Assembly: GCF_001194135.2 (NCBI RefSeq)
Contig: NC_068985.1
Location: 3,701,684-3,744,042 of the forward strand
Direction: 5' to 3'
DNA from: Octopus bimaculoides
Lineage: Eukaryota
Length of the DNA stretch: 42,359 nucleotides
In this document: piece by piece, positions 12,590 through 25,365 of the stretch
Numbering within the stretch: the first letter of the stretch is position 1
Layout of the letters: every line of letters starts with the position of its first letter
Made by a program: the position numbers and the translations under genes
Notes under the pieces: model-generated
Seen by the model: only the letters and a program-made list of their open reading frames with translations
Told to the model about the DNA's origin: nothing
Database searches by the model: none

Positions 12590-13005
12590 GGCCCGAAATT
12601 TTGGGGCAGGGGCAGTGGGGTGGTGCAGTTGATTAGACTGAACCCAGTACACAACTGGTACTTAATTTATCGATTCCTGAAAGGACGAAAGGCCAAGTCA
12701 ACCTTGGCGGAATTTGAATTCATTAAGACAGACGAAATACCGCCAAGCACTTCGCCCAACATGCTAACGTTTCTTATTTCTTTATTGCCCACAAGGGGCT
12801 AAACATAGAAGGGACAAACAAGGACAGACAAAGGGATTAAGTTGATTAAATCGACCCCAGTGCGTAACTGGTACTTAATTTATCAACCCTGAAAGGATGA
12901 AAGGCAAAGTCAACCTCGGTGGAATTTGAATTCAGAACATAACGGCAGACTAAATACCGCTAAGCATTTCGCCCAACATGCTAGCGTTTTATGCCAGTTC
13001 GCTAC
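12590..13005 (-). repeat. Family B tRNA-SINE, two tandem copies
   Basis: Reverse complement of GAGCTGGCAGAA..GTTCTGAGTTCAAATTCC..CTTTCATCCTTTCGGGGTCGATAAATTAAGTACCAGT; core resembles a Meta-type domain (inference). Confidence 0.85.
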
Positions 13006-13039
13006 CTTCAGTTTAGCATTGTTATGCTCAGATTTAAGT

Positions 13040-13240
13040 TTGTGAACTGGCAGAATGGTTAGCACATCTGACAAAATCCTTTATGGAATTTCTACTGGCT
13101 TTATGTTCTGAGTTCAAATGCTGACTTTACTTTCATCCTTTTGGCATTGATAATTATACAAGTACCAACTGAACACGGGCATCAATGTAATCGACTGGCT
13201 CCCTAACCCCAATTTCAGGCTTTGTGCCTGTAGTAGAAAG
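13040..13240 (+). repeat. Family B SINE
   Basis: tRNA-like head and degenerate core. Confidence 0.75.
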
Positions 13241-13449
13241 GTGAAGACTAGCCTGGTCCTCACTGCCCCCACCTAGGTGAAGTGTACAAGTTAAGGGATG
13301 AAATACATGTGAATCTGAGTTATCAGTTGATGTCATGAAGCATTTCCAGCATTGTAGTGGATTTCGAAGATCTTACAAAACCACTGAGTTCCTCCAGCAG
13401 TTTCTGTGTGGCACAAAACATCTCTGGTGTTTATTTCACCCAGTTATAT

Positions 13450-13863
13450 GAGGGAAACTCAGGAAGACCTGGACAAAGTATTGAAGGCTGATCTCGGGAC
13501 ACTGACCCTTATGAAGGGGAAGACAAAGAACTAAGATATCTGGTGCCTTGCTGTTCTTGAGAAGACCCATCCACCACAACAGAATTGTTAATGCTCCCCT
13601 CACAGTTGAAGGGTTTTTTCCCCTTGCAAGAACCCCATACTGGTACCATGTAAAAATCACCTGTGCTGGTGCCACATAAAAATAACCCATGCTAATGCCA
13701 CATAAAAAGCACCCAGCACAAGCAGTGGTTGGCATAAGGAGGGACATCCAGCCATAGAAACCATGCTAAGTCAGACTGGAACCTGGTCCCGCTTGCCAGC
13801 TCTGATCAAACCATCCAACCCATGCCAGCATGGAAAAGGGACATTAAATGATGATGATGATGA
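13450..13863 (+). repeat. RTE C-terminus plus Family A tail
   Basis: RKTWDKVLKADL..AVLEKT then core and (GAT)n. Confidence 0.8.
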
Positions 13864-15014
13864 TTTCAGATTTGCATGATAGGATGATTACATTATTTTT
13901 AGAAAGTTCTGCTGGTGAACTCATTCACCATTGAATTCTTTCCTTTATTTTTTGCTATATTTAGCAGCATGACAGTGTTTCATTGCTGATTTATGATGTC
14001 TAGATGCAGCGAAGGAGATTTCTCATAGCAGAGAACAAGATCATTGACATACATTGATGGACTTTGATATTTGTTATCTATAAATTTCATAAAACAATTC
14101 ATTCAGTGTTTAACAGTTGGACATTTAATCCTCCTTAAATAAAAGCAAAATCTCATTCAACACAGTTTTTAATTCAGATTTCTTACTAAAACTATACGGG
14201 ACAAGAAATAACAAGATACTCGTTGCTTTAATATAGTCAAATGCTTTTCCTAATACTAACAATGTAGGTGTGACCCTGAAGCAAGTAGAATGTGAGAAAC
14301 AGACATCTTTGGCCACAACACAACACTGCTAATAAAAGATTATCGTGTTCCAGAATGTCTGCTTTACACTTAGGATATTTCTATCCACAGTTAATCCATT
14401 TGGTTGTCTTATTATTGGCACGGTTCAAACTGGGAGCCGTCATTTCCAAAGCAGGATTAATTATATTCTTATTGATAAATTTACTAATGATATAGTTTTG
14501 ATTAATGACTTTAAGATTTATTTAACCATAATAAGACATACAATCGTAAAAATGGAAGGTAATGAATATGTACATAATTTAACTGTTTTTCACATTGCTG
14601 AGCTGTCGATATTCAATGAATATATCAAGTCTGGCAAATTATCACATTACTGTTTCATTTCAGTTTTACAATAGGTGCACAACAACTGTGTCTCGACAGG
14701 ATTATCCTGTTGATTTGTTTCTGTGGTTAATGAGAAATTGAGAGGAAATATTTAAATCTAAGAGAATGGCAGGAGGTGGGGGATTTCGAAGGAAAGTAGA
14801 AACAATAAAACAGTGCAGTTAATAAATGGTTTGTATATCAGTTCCTGTCTAGATCAGTTTTACTTTTCATTCTTTTGGCATCAAAATAATAAGTACCAAT
14901 TCCTGATCAAGTACTGATATCCATTTTAATTACTTTCTAATTTAAGATCTCGTGTTGTGTAAGGAAATAAAATAGCATGTGCTTTGTCTGCAAGCTGTTA
15001 AGCTTTCTCTTCCT

Positions 15015-15290
15015 CTCCCTGCCTCATCACCATTTAACATCCATCTTCCATACTGGCATGGTTGGATGGTGATGGTTTGACAGGGGTTGTCAAGGCCAGG
15101 AGATGCACCAGGTTCTATTGTCTGTTTTGACACGGTTTCTAACAGCTGGATGCCCTTCCTAATGCCAACCACTTTACAGAGTGGACTGGGTGCTTTTTAC
15201 ACGGCACCATTGCCAGCTCTTTTTATGCGGCACCATCATTAGTGTTCCGTATGTGACACTGTCACCAGTGCCTTTTACACGGCACCTGCT
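15015..15290 (-). repeat. Family A copy
   Basis: Reverse-complement core with CGGCACC subrepeats. Confidence 0.8.
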
Positions 15291-15636
15291 TTTTACGAAC
15301 TGAAATTCTAATTCCAAACACATCTGTGACTTTAAAGCAAAAGGTTTGAATGACCGGAACATTGATTGGTGCTGATTGCAGAAGATTAATCAAAGATTAA
15401 TCGTAATCTTTGTGTGTCGATGGGGTTAAAATCTTTTTCTTTTTCTATTAGAAATGGAATTTGTAGTTACTTAATAAGTGTGCAAGGTAGAGTTTTGTTG
15501 TTTTATATTTCATATAATAAACTCCAACAATCAGTTGTATGACTTATTATTATTGGTGAAACTAATGGAAGAATTGCCACTGAAATTACGAAAGGGTCAT
15601 GCGTTCGATATGCTTTCAATATAAGCTTAGAAAGGA

Positions 15637-15866
15637 TTAACCCTTTTCTTGCCCTATTTCCGTCCAGATGCTCTCTGTTTCTTTCAATTACTTTTAAATA
15701 TAACAAAGAATTTAGTAAAATAACTTAGTTATAATTAAGCTAGTGTTAGGAACATAAATTGTGACTAAGGTTCAGTAGAAGATTTTAATTCAGAACTTAG
15801 GCAAACAAGACATTTGTATTACAGAGCCAGAAGCGGCTTCAGCTGGGTTTGTATCAAAAGGGTTAA
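15637..15866. mobile_element. piggyBac-like MITE
   Basis: TTAA-CCCTTTT ... AAAAGGG-TTAA: TTAA duplication plus TIR. Confidence 0.75.
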
Positions 15867-16029
15867 TAAAATCAAGTTTACTCGTGAACCTGAGAGCATT
15901 GTCTTAGCATGATCCAAATGTTCTCACAAAGTAGGATATTTTTTGAATGAGCGCTTTACAATTAAATGTTCCCTTATAGCAACACACCACTCAATTATAA
16001 ACTCAAGCTAATTTTAATTTCTCGCTGGA

Positions 16030-16245
16030 GGCACCGAGGAGCTGGCAGCATGGTTAGCATGCTGAGCAAACTGCTGAATGGTATTTCAGCCATCTTTATG
16101 TTCTGAGTTCAAATTTCACTGAAGTGACTTTGCCTTTCATCCTCTTGAGGCCAATAAAATAAGTACCAGTTGTGTACTGGGGTCAGTATAACTGACCTCT
16201 GAATTTGATGAATGAATTTGCTGGCCTTGTGCCAATATTTGAAAC
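16030..16245 (+). repeat. Family B SINE
   Basis: GGAGCTGGCAG..GTTCTGAGTTCAAATT..CTTTCATCC..AAGTACCAGT. Confidence 0.8.
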
Positions 16246-16388
16246 CCATTTTAATTTCTCATTGAATCTTTCTTGTCTTCAATTATGTATTTCCTCCAGA
16301 GCCTGAATAACCGTTGTACCATCTTCGTGTATCACACCTAAACTTACCTTTTTCTACAAAACACTGATTATTAGATCAAAGACACCCT

Positions 16389-16669
16389 TTAATCCTTTAA
16401 TCCTCTGATTATTCAGATTTCTCTGTCAAATGTAAAGCTTACTTATTCATTCGTTTTGAATTAATCATGCATTATCTCATAGCTTTGAGATTTCCGCACT
16501 GTGATTGTTTATTCTTAGAATGATATTGTAGGGTAGGTGTGAGAAGCCAAATCTGGCCAGTTTGAGCATAAAACAGGTAAAATATTTGGGTTGGATATGG
16601 CCATTTTAAATGCTAAAGGGCTAATATTTGGGTTGGATATGGCCATTTTAAATGCTAAAGGGCTAATAT
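16389..16669 (+). mobile_element. piggyBac-like MITE (second family) with a 42-bp terminal tandem duplication (16581-16664)
   Basis: Ends in AATGCTAAAGGG; related copies on minus strand at about 10670-10835 and 36960-37101. Confidence 0.6.
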
Positions 16670-17324
16670 AAAATTTAGTATTAACAAAAGACTTGAAAGG
16701 GACCTAAAATTGGTTTGGTCCAAGAACCAAGCTTTGGTGACTAAGTATTTCTCTTGGTTGTAGTTGATCTTTTAGTTAGAATTTCTGTGTATGATTTACT
16801 GCATTTTTTTTTTGTTGTGTCTTGGGAGGGTCATTATGCCAATAATAATAACACACACACATACTGGTTCGATATCACTTCTTTGTTGTTAATCAATTTA
16901 TCAAATATCTACCTAGCTAACTAATTGATTGTTTGTTTGTTTGCTTAATGTGCTGGTCCAACAATCAGTTGGCTATTTGTTGGTCAAAGTCCTTTCATTG
17001 CTATTTCTAACCTTCGCAATGGGTTGGTGACTTGCTCTACCTCCACAAGGTCTGCTCTGAGTTTGTAAAAGTATTCCTCTCTGGAATCTGATGTAACTTA
17101 GACTCAATTCCTGTATGTGAGAGACAAGGATGTAAATGCTGGCTGCAGAAACCCCTTGAAGTGTTAAATGTGAAGTTTGTTTGTGGCAGCGAAGGGCTGA
17201 GAGAAATTCTCAACCTGATTGTTAGGTTCAGGTGTCAGCCCATCGAAAGTTTTGACTTTGGTTTTTGAAATATTCATATGGAATACTCTACAGACTCTTG
17301 TACCATTTTTCTGTAAATTTCTGA

Positions 17325-17725
17325 TGTAGCTGTGTGGTAGGTTTGCTTCAGAACCATAAGGTTCTGAGTTCAGGCCTACTCCATGGCACCTTGGGCAATT
17401 GTCTTCTATAGCCTTGGACTGAGACCAAAGTCTTGTGAATGAATTTGGTAGATGGAAATTGAAAAGAACCTGTCATGTATATACAATATGTTTGTGTGTG
17501 TGTGTGTGTCTTTTTGTGTCATTGTTTGTCCCCAACTACAGCTTAACAACCAGTGTTGGTGTGTTTTTGTCCTTGTAGCTTAGTGGTTTGGCAAAAGCAA
17601 CCGATAGAATAAGCATCAGACTTCAAAATGCTAAGTATTACAATTGATTCATTCGGCTTAAAATTCTACAAGATGGTGCCCCAGCATGGCCGCAGTCTCA
17701 TGACAGAAACAAGTCAAAGATAATG
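17325..17725 (+). repeat. Family C copy
   Basis: Head, (TG)n, tail. Confidence 0.8.
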
Positions 17726-18039
17726 ATGAAACCCAATGTTATAAATATTGTTTATTACTGTTTATGCAGCATAAATGCTTTTTTTTTTCTTCTCAATTCC
17801 TGCTGTCATAACACAGCCATTCAACTGACATATTTTAATCTATTTCTAAAACCAAGAACAAGTTTTCTTGGCTTCTTTTAAATTTTTTCTTTTTTTTTCT
17901 TTTATTATTATCTATAGAGAAGTTTTTATCAAGTTTTTAAAAGGCCTCCTTTTAAATACAGTTCATCTCATACACTTGTATCGCTGCTGTTTGATAAAGA
18001 TATCAGCTTTATATCTTTTATCGTTTTTATCTGTTACTT

Positions 18040-18370
18040 CTTTCAGACATTAGACTGAGGCCAAGCTGGGGCACTTCCTTGTACAGTTTTTAGTCAAATG
18101 AATCAACCCCAGCCCTTATTTATTTTTTTTAAGGCTTGTATTTATTCTGTCAGTGTCTTTTGCCAAACCAGTAAGTTCCAGGGGCATAAATGTACCATCA
18201 CCAGTTGTCAAGTATTGGAGGTGGACAAACGAAGGCACACATGCATATCTGGAAGGCTTTTTTCAGTTTCCACCAACCAAAGACACTTGTTCAAGGTGCC
18301 ATGCAGTGGGACTGAACTTGGAACTGTGTGGTTGGGGAAACAAACTTCTTACCACACAGCCACATCTATG
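18040..18370 (-). repeat. Family C copy
   Basis: Reverse complement, internal deletion. Confidence 0.8.
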
Positions 18371-18510
18371 CCTAATATTAAATGGAAAGCATGAGGAAAA
18401 GAGAGAGAAAGTGTGAAGCAACTGTGTTGAGAGAATGTTATGATGGCAGATAAAATGTTGGAACCTATGAAATCAACAATTTGTGTATACATTCTTGTAG
18501 TCTGTGTGTT

Positions 18511-18544
<34 letters not shown>

Positions 18545-18584
18545 TACACTGATGGATCCAGTCCTTATTTAAAATAGGGATCTT

Positions 18585-18965
18585 TATCTTTTATTTCAGT
18601 CATTAGATTGTGGCCATACTGGGGCACCACCTTGAACAATTTTTAGTCAAATGAATTGATCCCAGTACATATTTTCTTTTAAAGCTTTTGTGGAACTGCT
18701 AAGTTACAGGCTTGTAAACACACAGACACACACACAGCAGTGGTGGTGGTGGTCAAGTGGTGGTGGTGATGGGGACAAATACAGGCACAAAACACACATG
18801 TACATATAACACACACACACACACACACCTACTTCTTTCAGTTTCTATCTACCAAATCCACTGACAAGGCTTTGGTCAGCCCAAGGCTATAGTAGAAGAT
18901 GCTTGCCCAAGGTGCCACGCAGTGGGACTGAGCTTGGAACCAGGCTCCTTCCCACACAGCCACAT
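18585..18965 (-). repeat. Family C copy
   Basis: Reverse-complement body with (CA)n. Confidence 0.8.
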
Positions 18966-19504
18966 CTACAATTTTTCTAAAGCCATTTGGGAAAAGAAGT
19001 GAAAACAAGCAAAACTAAGCAAAACATCAGTTTATGCTTCTTCAGTATTTTGCTTTTAAAAATCCTTTTAACAAGAGAATACAAATGGCAAGTGTGTCTT
19101 TTGCACAGTCCTAGTGAGAATGGCTTCAACACGAGCAGGGTAATATTTCAATGGACAATCAGTTTTCCTGCATTTTGTGGCTATTATTAATGGGTTTAGT
19201 CCGCACGTGAGGATGGACTCTTCAGCATTCAAGTTTCCAAAGCCCTGTTCAGTGGCTTTGACAATCACTGTGTTGTGTTGGGGGTGATATTCTTCCAGAT
19301 GAAGGAAGGACTTTTGTGAACATGTTCTTTAATGCAATGTGCACTTTGCAGACAATCCTTCCAATCTAGGATCTACCTCATTCACACATCCACATTATTG
19401 TTGGGGCAGTTTGCATATTTGCACTAATTGTTGCTGTATATAGGCTGATGCCCAGACAGGAACTTCTTCAGGGAAGGGCTGGAGTGCACCAACTTTTCTT
19501 TTAT

Positions 19505-19718
19505 TTCTTTTCTTTGTTTCAGTCATTTGACTGCGGTCATGCTGGAGCACCGCCTTTAGTCAAGAAAATCGACCCCAGGACTTATTCTTTGTAAGCCTAG
19601 TACTTATTCTATCGGTCTCTCTTGCCGAACCTCTAAGTGACGGGGGATGTAAACACACCAGCATCGGTTGTCAAGCGATGTTGGGGGTACAAACACAAAC
19701 ACTCAAACATATACATAC

Positions 19719-19764
<46 letters not shown>

Positions 19765-19919
19765 GACAGGCTTCTTTCAATTTCCGTCTACCAAATCCAC
19801 TCACAAGGCTTTGGTCGACCTGAGGTTATAGTAGAAGACACTTACCCAAGGTGCCATGCAGTGGGACTGAACCCGGAACCATGTGGTTGGTAAGCAAGCT
19901 ACTGACCACACAGCCACTC
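19505..19919 (-). repeat. Family C copy, well preserved
   Basis: Complete head to tail with (TA)n. Confidence 0.9.
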
Positions 19920-20506
19920 TTGTAACTGTATACTTAATCTATAAGTCATAAATCACCTGATGGATTATAGTAGTGGTTCTAATTCTGCCCTAGTCTTAGG
20001 AAATACATCTTATTGCTGAAGTTAATAAGATGACCTTTTTTGAGAGGTGTTTTTTTTTTGGGGGGTGTATAACAAAAGAGTGTTGGTTAGCCGTTTGTGT
20101 ACCAGAACCCTTTGCCGTTGCTTGTTGTGGACACCTCTTTTATCTTCGATGCACATACCTGTTGAAAAAGAAACAAAAGTATCAAGTGTGAAGCACACTT
20201 CAGTCTAAGCTGGTCTACATAGGATATGGCTTGTAGGCCAGATAGATTGGAACCCCACATCATTTGTTCTGACCCCAGATTTAATTTGGAAGTACCAAAG
20301 TGGAAATATGTGTTGCTTCCAATAATGATCAGGGGCTGTTGAACATCTGAGTATTATTGAAGCCACCCCTATTACTAGACTGAACCTAAACAACAGACAC
20401 AAACTATAATCCAGTCAGAACATGTTGCAACCTCTACCTCCACCCCTCCTACTATGAAACTAATGAAGCAACATCACCAAAGGGGTTTTATCCTTGAAAT
20501 ATATAG

Positions 20507-20890
20507 GGGCAGGTGTGGCTGTGTGGTAAGATGTTTGCTTCCCAACCACATGGTTCTAGGTTCTGTCCCATGGCATTGCACTCTAGGGAAGTGCCTTTTA
20601 CTAAAGTCTCTGGCCGAACAAAGCGTTGTGGGTGGATTTACTAGACAGAAACTGAAAGAAGCCCATCATATGTGTGTTTGTATTTGTTCTTCACCATCAC
20701 GTGACAACTGGTGGTGGTGTCTTTATGTCCCCATAACATGACAGTTCAGCAAAAGAGAATGATGGAATAAGAACAAGGGTTTCAAAAGAATAAGTGTCAG
20801 AGTCAATTCATTCGAGTGAAATTCTTCAAGGCACTGCCCCAGCATGACCACAGTCTAATGACTAAAATAAGTAAAAGCTAAAAGATAAAC
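20507..20890 (+). repeat. Family C copy
   Basis: Head to tail, degenerate. Confidence 0.8.
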
Positions 20891-21071
20891 ACAAAGTAGA
20901 AATGTCTAACAGCTGTTTTGTTTTGTTTTTGTTTTTCCCTCTCTTCTTTCCAACCTGTCTCCTCTGCAACATTATCCTGTCTCATCAAATTGTTTCATAC
21001 AGATTATATTATAATTACAGAGATGTACCTGCATAGCAAGTGACTTGATCTGAGATTGTGTGCTGAAACAG

Positions 21072-21406
21072 AAACAATTGCAGCATGGAAGATGTTTGTA
21101 AGCCATTCAAGAACACACAAAAACCGTTAATTTCACTTCAACATTTAAATTTCATTTGTGTCAAAATATTTTCTTCGCTTTGGAACCACAACCTGTTCAC
21201 TGACAAAACTTGGTGCAGCACCAAGGTCTCAGTTTCATAGTGCTGGTTGCAATTTCAAAGTGCATGTCATGGTTTCAAAGTGCAGGTTGCAGTTTCAAAG
21301 CGACAAAAATATTTTGACACAAATGAAATTAAGATGTTGAAATGAAACTGAAGGTTTTTCTGTCTTCTGAAATGGCTTAAAAATATGTCCCCTGCTGCAA
21401 TTGTTT
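21072..21406. repeat. Foldback element, about 125-bp inverted arms
   Basis: 21072-21195 pairs with 21283-21406 (shared AATTTCATTTGTGTCAAAATATTTT core). Confidence 0.8.
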
Positions 21407-21495
21407 TTATATTATAATTATATTCATATAAACAAATATATTTGTTTGATGTTGCCCATATGATTTTATGTTTATCTTTCTTGTTTTTTTTTCAG

Positions 21496-21637
21496 TGTTT
21501 GTGACAATAGGGATCTGCATCGCCCTTGAGCTTGGTCACCACCTTAACTGGTTCTTCTTTAACTGCTTTGCCATTATGTTCCTTTTCTATTCAGCACATT
21601 GGCAGTCCTATGTCTCAGGGACACTCAGGTTTGGAAT
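21496..21637 (+). CDS. CEPT1: CEPT1/CHPT1-family exon (142 nt)
   Basis: Poly-T cag acceptor, gtaagt donor; phase matches the previous exon; (V)[46 protein letters not shown] matches the family [14 protein letters not shown] motif. Confidence 0.96.
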
Positions 21638-21723
21638 GTAAGTAAGGTTTTTATACTTGTGGCTGTGTGTGGCTCTGTGTGTGTGCATGCACATGTGTAC
21701 TGTAAGATTTTTATTCTCTTTGT

Positions 21724-21905
21724 ATTACATCATCATCATCGTCATAATTTAGTGTCCCTGTCCCATGCTGACACGGGTTGAATCTAAGGACTATGCTGTG
21801 CTCCCATGTCTACTTTGGCATGGTTTCTATGACTGGTTGCCCTTCCTAATGCTAACCCGTCTACTGCATGTACTGGGCAGTTTTTCTGCAGGGCACCAGC
21901 ACTAG
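21724..21905 (-). repeat. Family A copy, degenerate
   Basis: (CAT)n..CCCATGCTGAC..GGTTGCCCTTCCTAATGC. Confidence 0.7.
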
Positions 21906-22254
21906 TGAGGTCTTTTCAATTACTATTGTTGTGAGGATCCTGATGCTAGGAGAGGAAGAGAAAGGTCGACTGTATCAGGTACATGGAGCATCTGATCTAT
22001 GGAAGGACACAGGACTTCAAAACAGGTGGGAGGTTGAGGCTTTTGACTTGTCAGGGTGAGATACTTAAGAAAGATTTCCAGGTGGGGCCTTGATTGAGTG
22101 GACACACCACAAACAAGAGCTTGAAAATTTCATGCAAGAGAAAAACACGAGAAAGACAAAAAAAAACACAAAATGAAATGAGGCAAAAAAATGGGAAAGA
22201 AGCGAAATCAGTACTTAACTTAGCAGGGTTTTAATTTGTCATATTGGTTTCAAC

Positions 22255-22440
22255 TTTTAGCACAAGGCCAGCAAACTCGGTGGAGTAGAGAAGTTGATAG
22301 TATCAACCCCAGTACTCAACTGGTACCGATTTTAATCAACCCTGAAAGAATGAATGGCTAAGTCAACCTCAGAGTGTAAAAATATATGGAATGCCACCAA
22401 GCATTTTGCCTGGTGTGCTAACAGTTCTGCCAGTTCTGCC
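22255..22440 (-). repeat. Family B SINE
   Basis: ACTGGTACC..CCCTGAAAGAATGAA. Confidence 0.7.
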
Positions 22441-22519
22441 TGAAGTTTTCATCTAACGTATTTGGTTGTTTGATAAACATGAAAGTGGCTTAAGTAGGGC
22501 TTTGTATCACTTAAACGGT

Positions 22520-22850
22520 GACCCCCTTCGGTCATGAATGACCCTGGGATTGCACCTAGAAAATTACCCTCCGAGGCACAAGTTCGGGCAAGGTTGTTTA
22601 ATGGAAGACCAGCAGTTGCCCATGCATGCCAGTCTCCCTTCTCCATGCCACCAGAGTTATCCAAGGGAAAGACAAAGGGGCCGATACAGCTTGGCACCTG
22701 TGACGTCGCAACTCATTTCTACAGCCAAGTTAACTGGAGCAACATGAAATAAAGTGTCTTACTCAAGAACACAACACGCAGCCCGATCCAGGAATCGAAC
22801 TTACAACCTCACAATCGTAAGTTTGACACTAACCATTGAGCCATGCACCT
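22520..22850 (-). repeat. Family D tRNA-SINE with CORE-like domain, full length
   Basis: Reverse complement GGTGCATGGCTCAATGG..GTTCGATTCC..CTTGAGTAAGACACTTTATTTC; partial copies at about 700-900 (-), 970-1090 (+), 6760-6905 (-). Confidence 0.75.
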
Positions 22851-23299
22851 TCACATGGCTCTGTATCAGAATTACAATGATTTCTACCTGAACTGTGTCC
22901 TCCTCCCATCCAAACCTTTCTAAACCCACCCCCACCATCTTCCTTCCTCTTCCAGCTCTGTCTCTTCTCTGAGACACCACCCTAAACACTCTTTCACTCC
23001 AGTCCTTTCTCTTCGGAAATTCTAATGTCTGGAATTAATTCCTCACCCACTTCTGGACACAAACATGGCTGTCTGCTTATGGAGTTCACTTTGCATCTAC
23101 ATTGTTCTGGGTTCAGTCCCATTGCACCTCGGGCAAGTGTTTTCTACAATAGGTTCATGTTAAGCAATGCCTTGTCAGTGGATTTGGTTAATGGAAACTG
23201 TAGGGAAGCCTGTCATGTATATGTGGCTTTGTGTGTATGTGTTTACATTTACACCTCTTAAAATAAGTGCCAGATTTAAAAATAGGCCCTGGGCTTGAT

Positions 23300-23830
23300 A
23301 TCATCATCATCATCATCGTCATTTAACATCCACTTTCCATGCTGGCATGGGTTGGACAGTTCAACTGAGGGGTAGCAAGCCAGGAGGCTGCACCAGGCTC
23401 CAATCTGATTTGGCAGTATTTCTACAGCTGGATGCCCTTCCTAACACCAACCACTCTAAGGGTGTAGTGGGTGCTTTCTACATGCCACTGGCACAGGGCC
23501 AGTCAGGTGGCACTGGCATCGACCACGCTCGAATGGTGCTTTTTACATCCCACCGGTACAGGAGCCAGTTGGGTGGCACTGGCGATGACTACACTTAAAT
23601 GGTGCTTTTTATGTGCCACCGGCATGGAAGCCAGTCAGTGGGGGTGTTCAACTAAACTCTTAAAGGCTGATGTTCCAGCATGGCCTTAGTGCAGCCAGTG
23701 AAATTAGTAAAAAGGATGGAAGAAGTTGAACCCACTAGTTGTTCAAACATCAGCAGTTTAGAAGTATGAGGGCTTTCAAAGATCATGGGCACTGTTCCAC
23801 TCTTGACCACCTCTTTGAAAATGTGCAAGA
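23300..23830 (-). repeat. Family A copy followed by RTE C-terminal remnant
   Basis: (CAT)n, core, GGTGCTTTT..TGCCAC subrepeats. Confidence 0.8.
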
Positions 23831-23908
23831 AGTTTAGGGAATATTCTACCAAACATTCTATCTTTAGAATATACTATTTTTAGTATATTCAGCAACAGTA
23901 CTTTGGAG

Positions 23909-24101
23909 TAAAGATTGTTTGCCAATATAACATGGCAGTCCTGGTTTAGGACTGAGTGGGGGTGCTAGATTCCCTTGTTCGAAAATATAAGGACACAGAT
24001 CGTGTCGTATAGCCAGCTGGAGACGATGTCTCCTGGGGCTGAATTATAGCAACATTCATCCTAAACCAGGACTACCATGTTATGTTGGCAAACAATCTTT
24101 A
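23909..24101 (+). mobile_element. Truncated copy of the 27.5 kb family with 43-bp inverted ends
   Basis: 23909-23951 is the reverse complement of 24059-24101 (2 mismatches). Confidence 0.6.
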
Positions 24102-24269
24102 TTCTATCTTTAATAGCAAAGCTGGATTCTGGCTAACAAAAGTGAGAAAACCTTCCACACAAAGGGGAGAGTGCAATACCCTCAACCTTTCAGGCTTATC
24201 CAGATTGCTGAGATTAGTGCAGTGGATTATCCAACTTGAATTCTGAAATCTGCCATCGTCTCTCTCATT

Positions 24270-24634
24270 AACACTCTCTTTATCTTGCTCTCCAATTTCA
24301 CTCTCCTTTCTACTCTACAAGACACCTATATCTGTCCCCTCTGTACTTTAAACCTCTCAATACTACACCTCCTCATTGCTACTTCCCTACGCCCAGTTGA
24401 GGGGTTGTTTTGCGAAGTACCTGATGACCCTATCGGTGCTGGTGCCACATAAAAAGCACCCAGTACACTCTGTAAAGTGGTTGATGTTAGGCAGAGCATC
24501 CAGCTGTAGAAACTATGCCTAAAAGACACAACGGAACCTGATGCAGCTCCTGGCCTTGCCACTCCCTGTCAAACCATCCCAACCCATGCTAGCAATGGAA
24601 AACGGAAGTTAAATGATGATGATGATGATGATGA
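24270..24634 (+). repeat. Family A copy with pyrimidine-rich 5' part
   Basis: Core and (GAT)n tail at about 24612-24634. Confidence 0.8.
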
Positions 24635-25365
24635 TAGTTGTATAAGATGGACAATAAATGGAGAGAATCTTCAGCGAAAAGAAAATATTGGGCTGCATAC
24701 GCTCCGTGATATACAGTTTCAATTTATGTGTATATACACACCCACACACGCACACAGACCCCCTCCTTTCTCACTATCACACTTAAGAGACATCGAGTAA
24801 ATGTCAACAATAGTTTTCCTGAGACAGAGGACTTGGGGTTAATCCTCAGTTTTAAACTTCCAAGGATATGTAAACAGTTATAAACTCCCTCCGCCCTCCG
24901 TTTTCAAACACTTCAATGCAATAGAAACAATGAAATACCCTACCTTACCAATTGACTATATTGAGGTCATCAAAAGATATTTTTAATAAACGCTCAGTAC
25001 AAAACAATCTTTTATTTTCTATTATTTAGATCTGAGGATTAACCTGAGTGTTGTGTTGTATTTGTTAACAAATCTGTCAACTAGAAATAGTAAAGCTGTA
25101 TTAACTACTGGTCTATATTTTGACTAAGGATTTTATTAAAAAGTTTGCCGAACTGTTTTAGCTTTCCATTCAAGTGAACATAATTTTATCTGCTTCTCAG
25201 TGAAATCACTCCAAACTACTTACTTTCCCTCTTAATGAACTGTGTATTAGTCAAATTGTTTTTAAGCAAACAGAAGCGAAATAAAGTATGTACTTCAATA
25301 GATGTCAGTTTATAGGTTTTGGTTGTAGTTATGGGTATTGTAAGGTGTGTAAACTGCTAAGTTAT

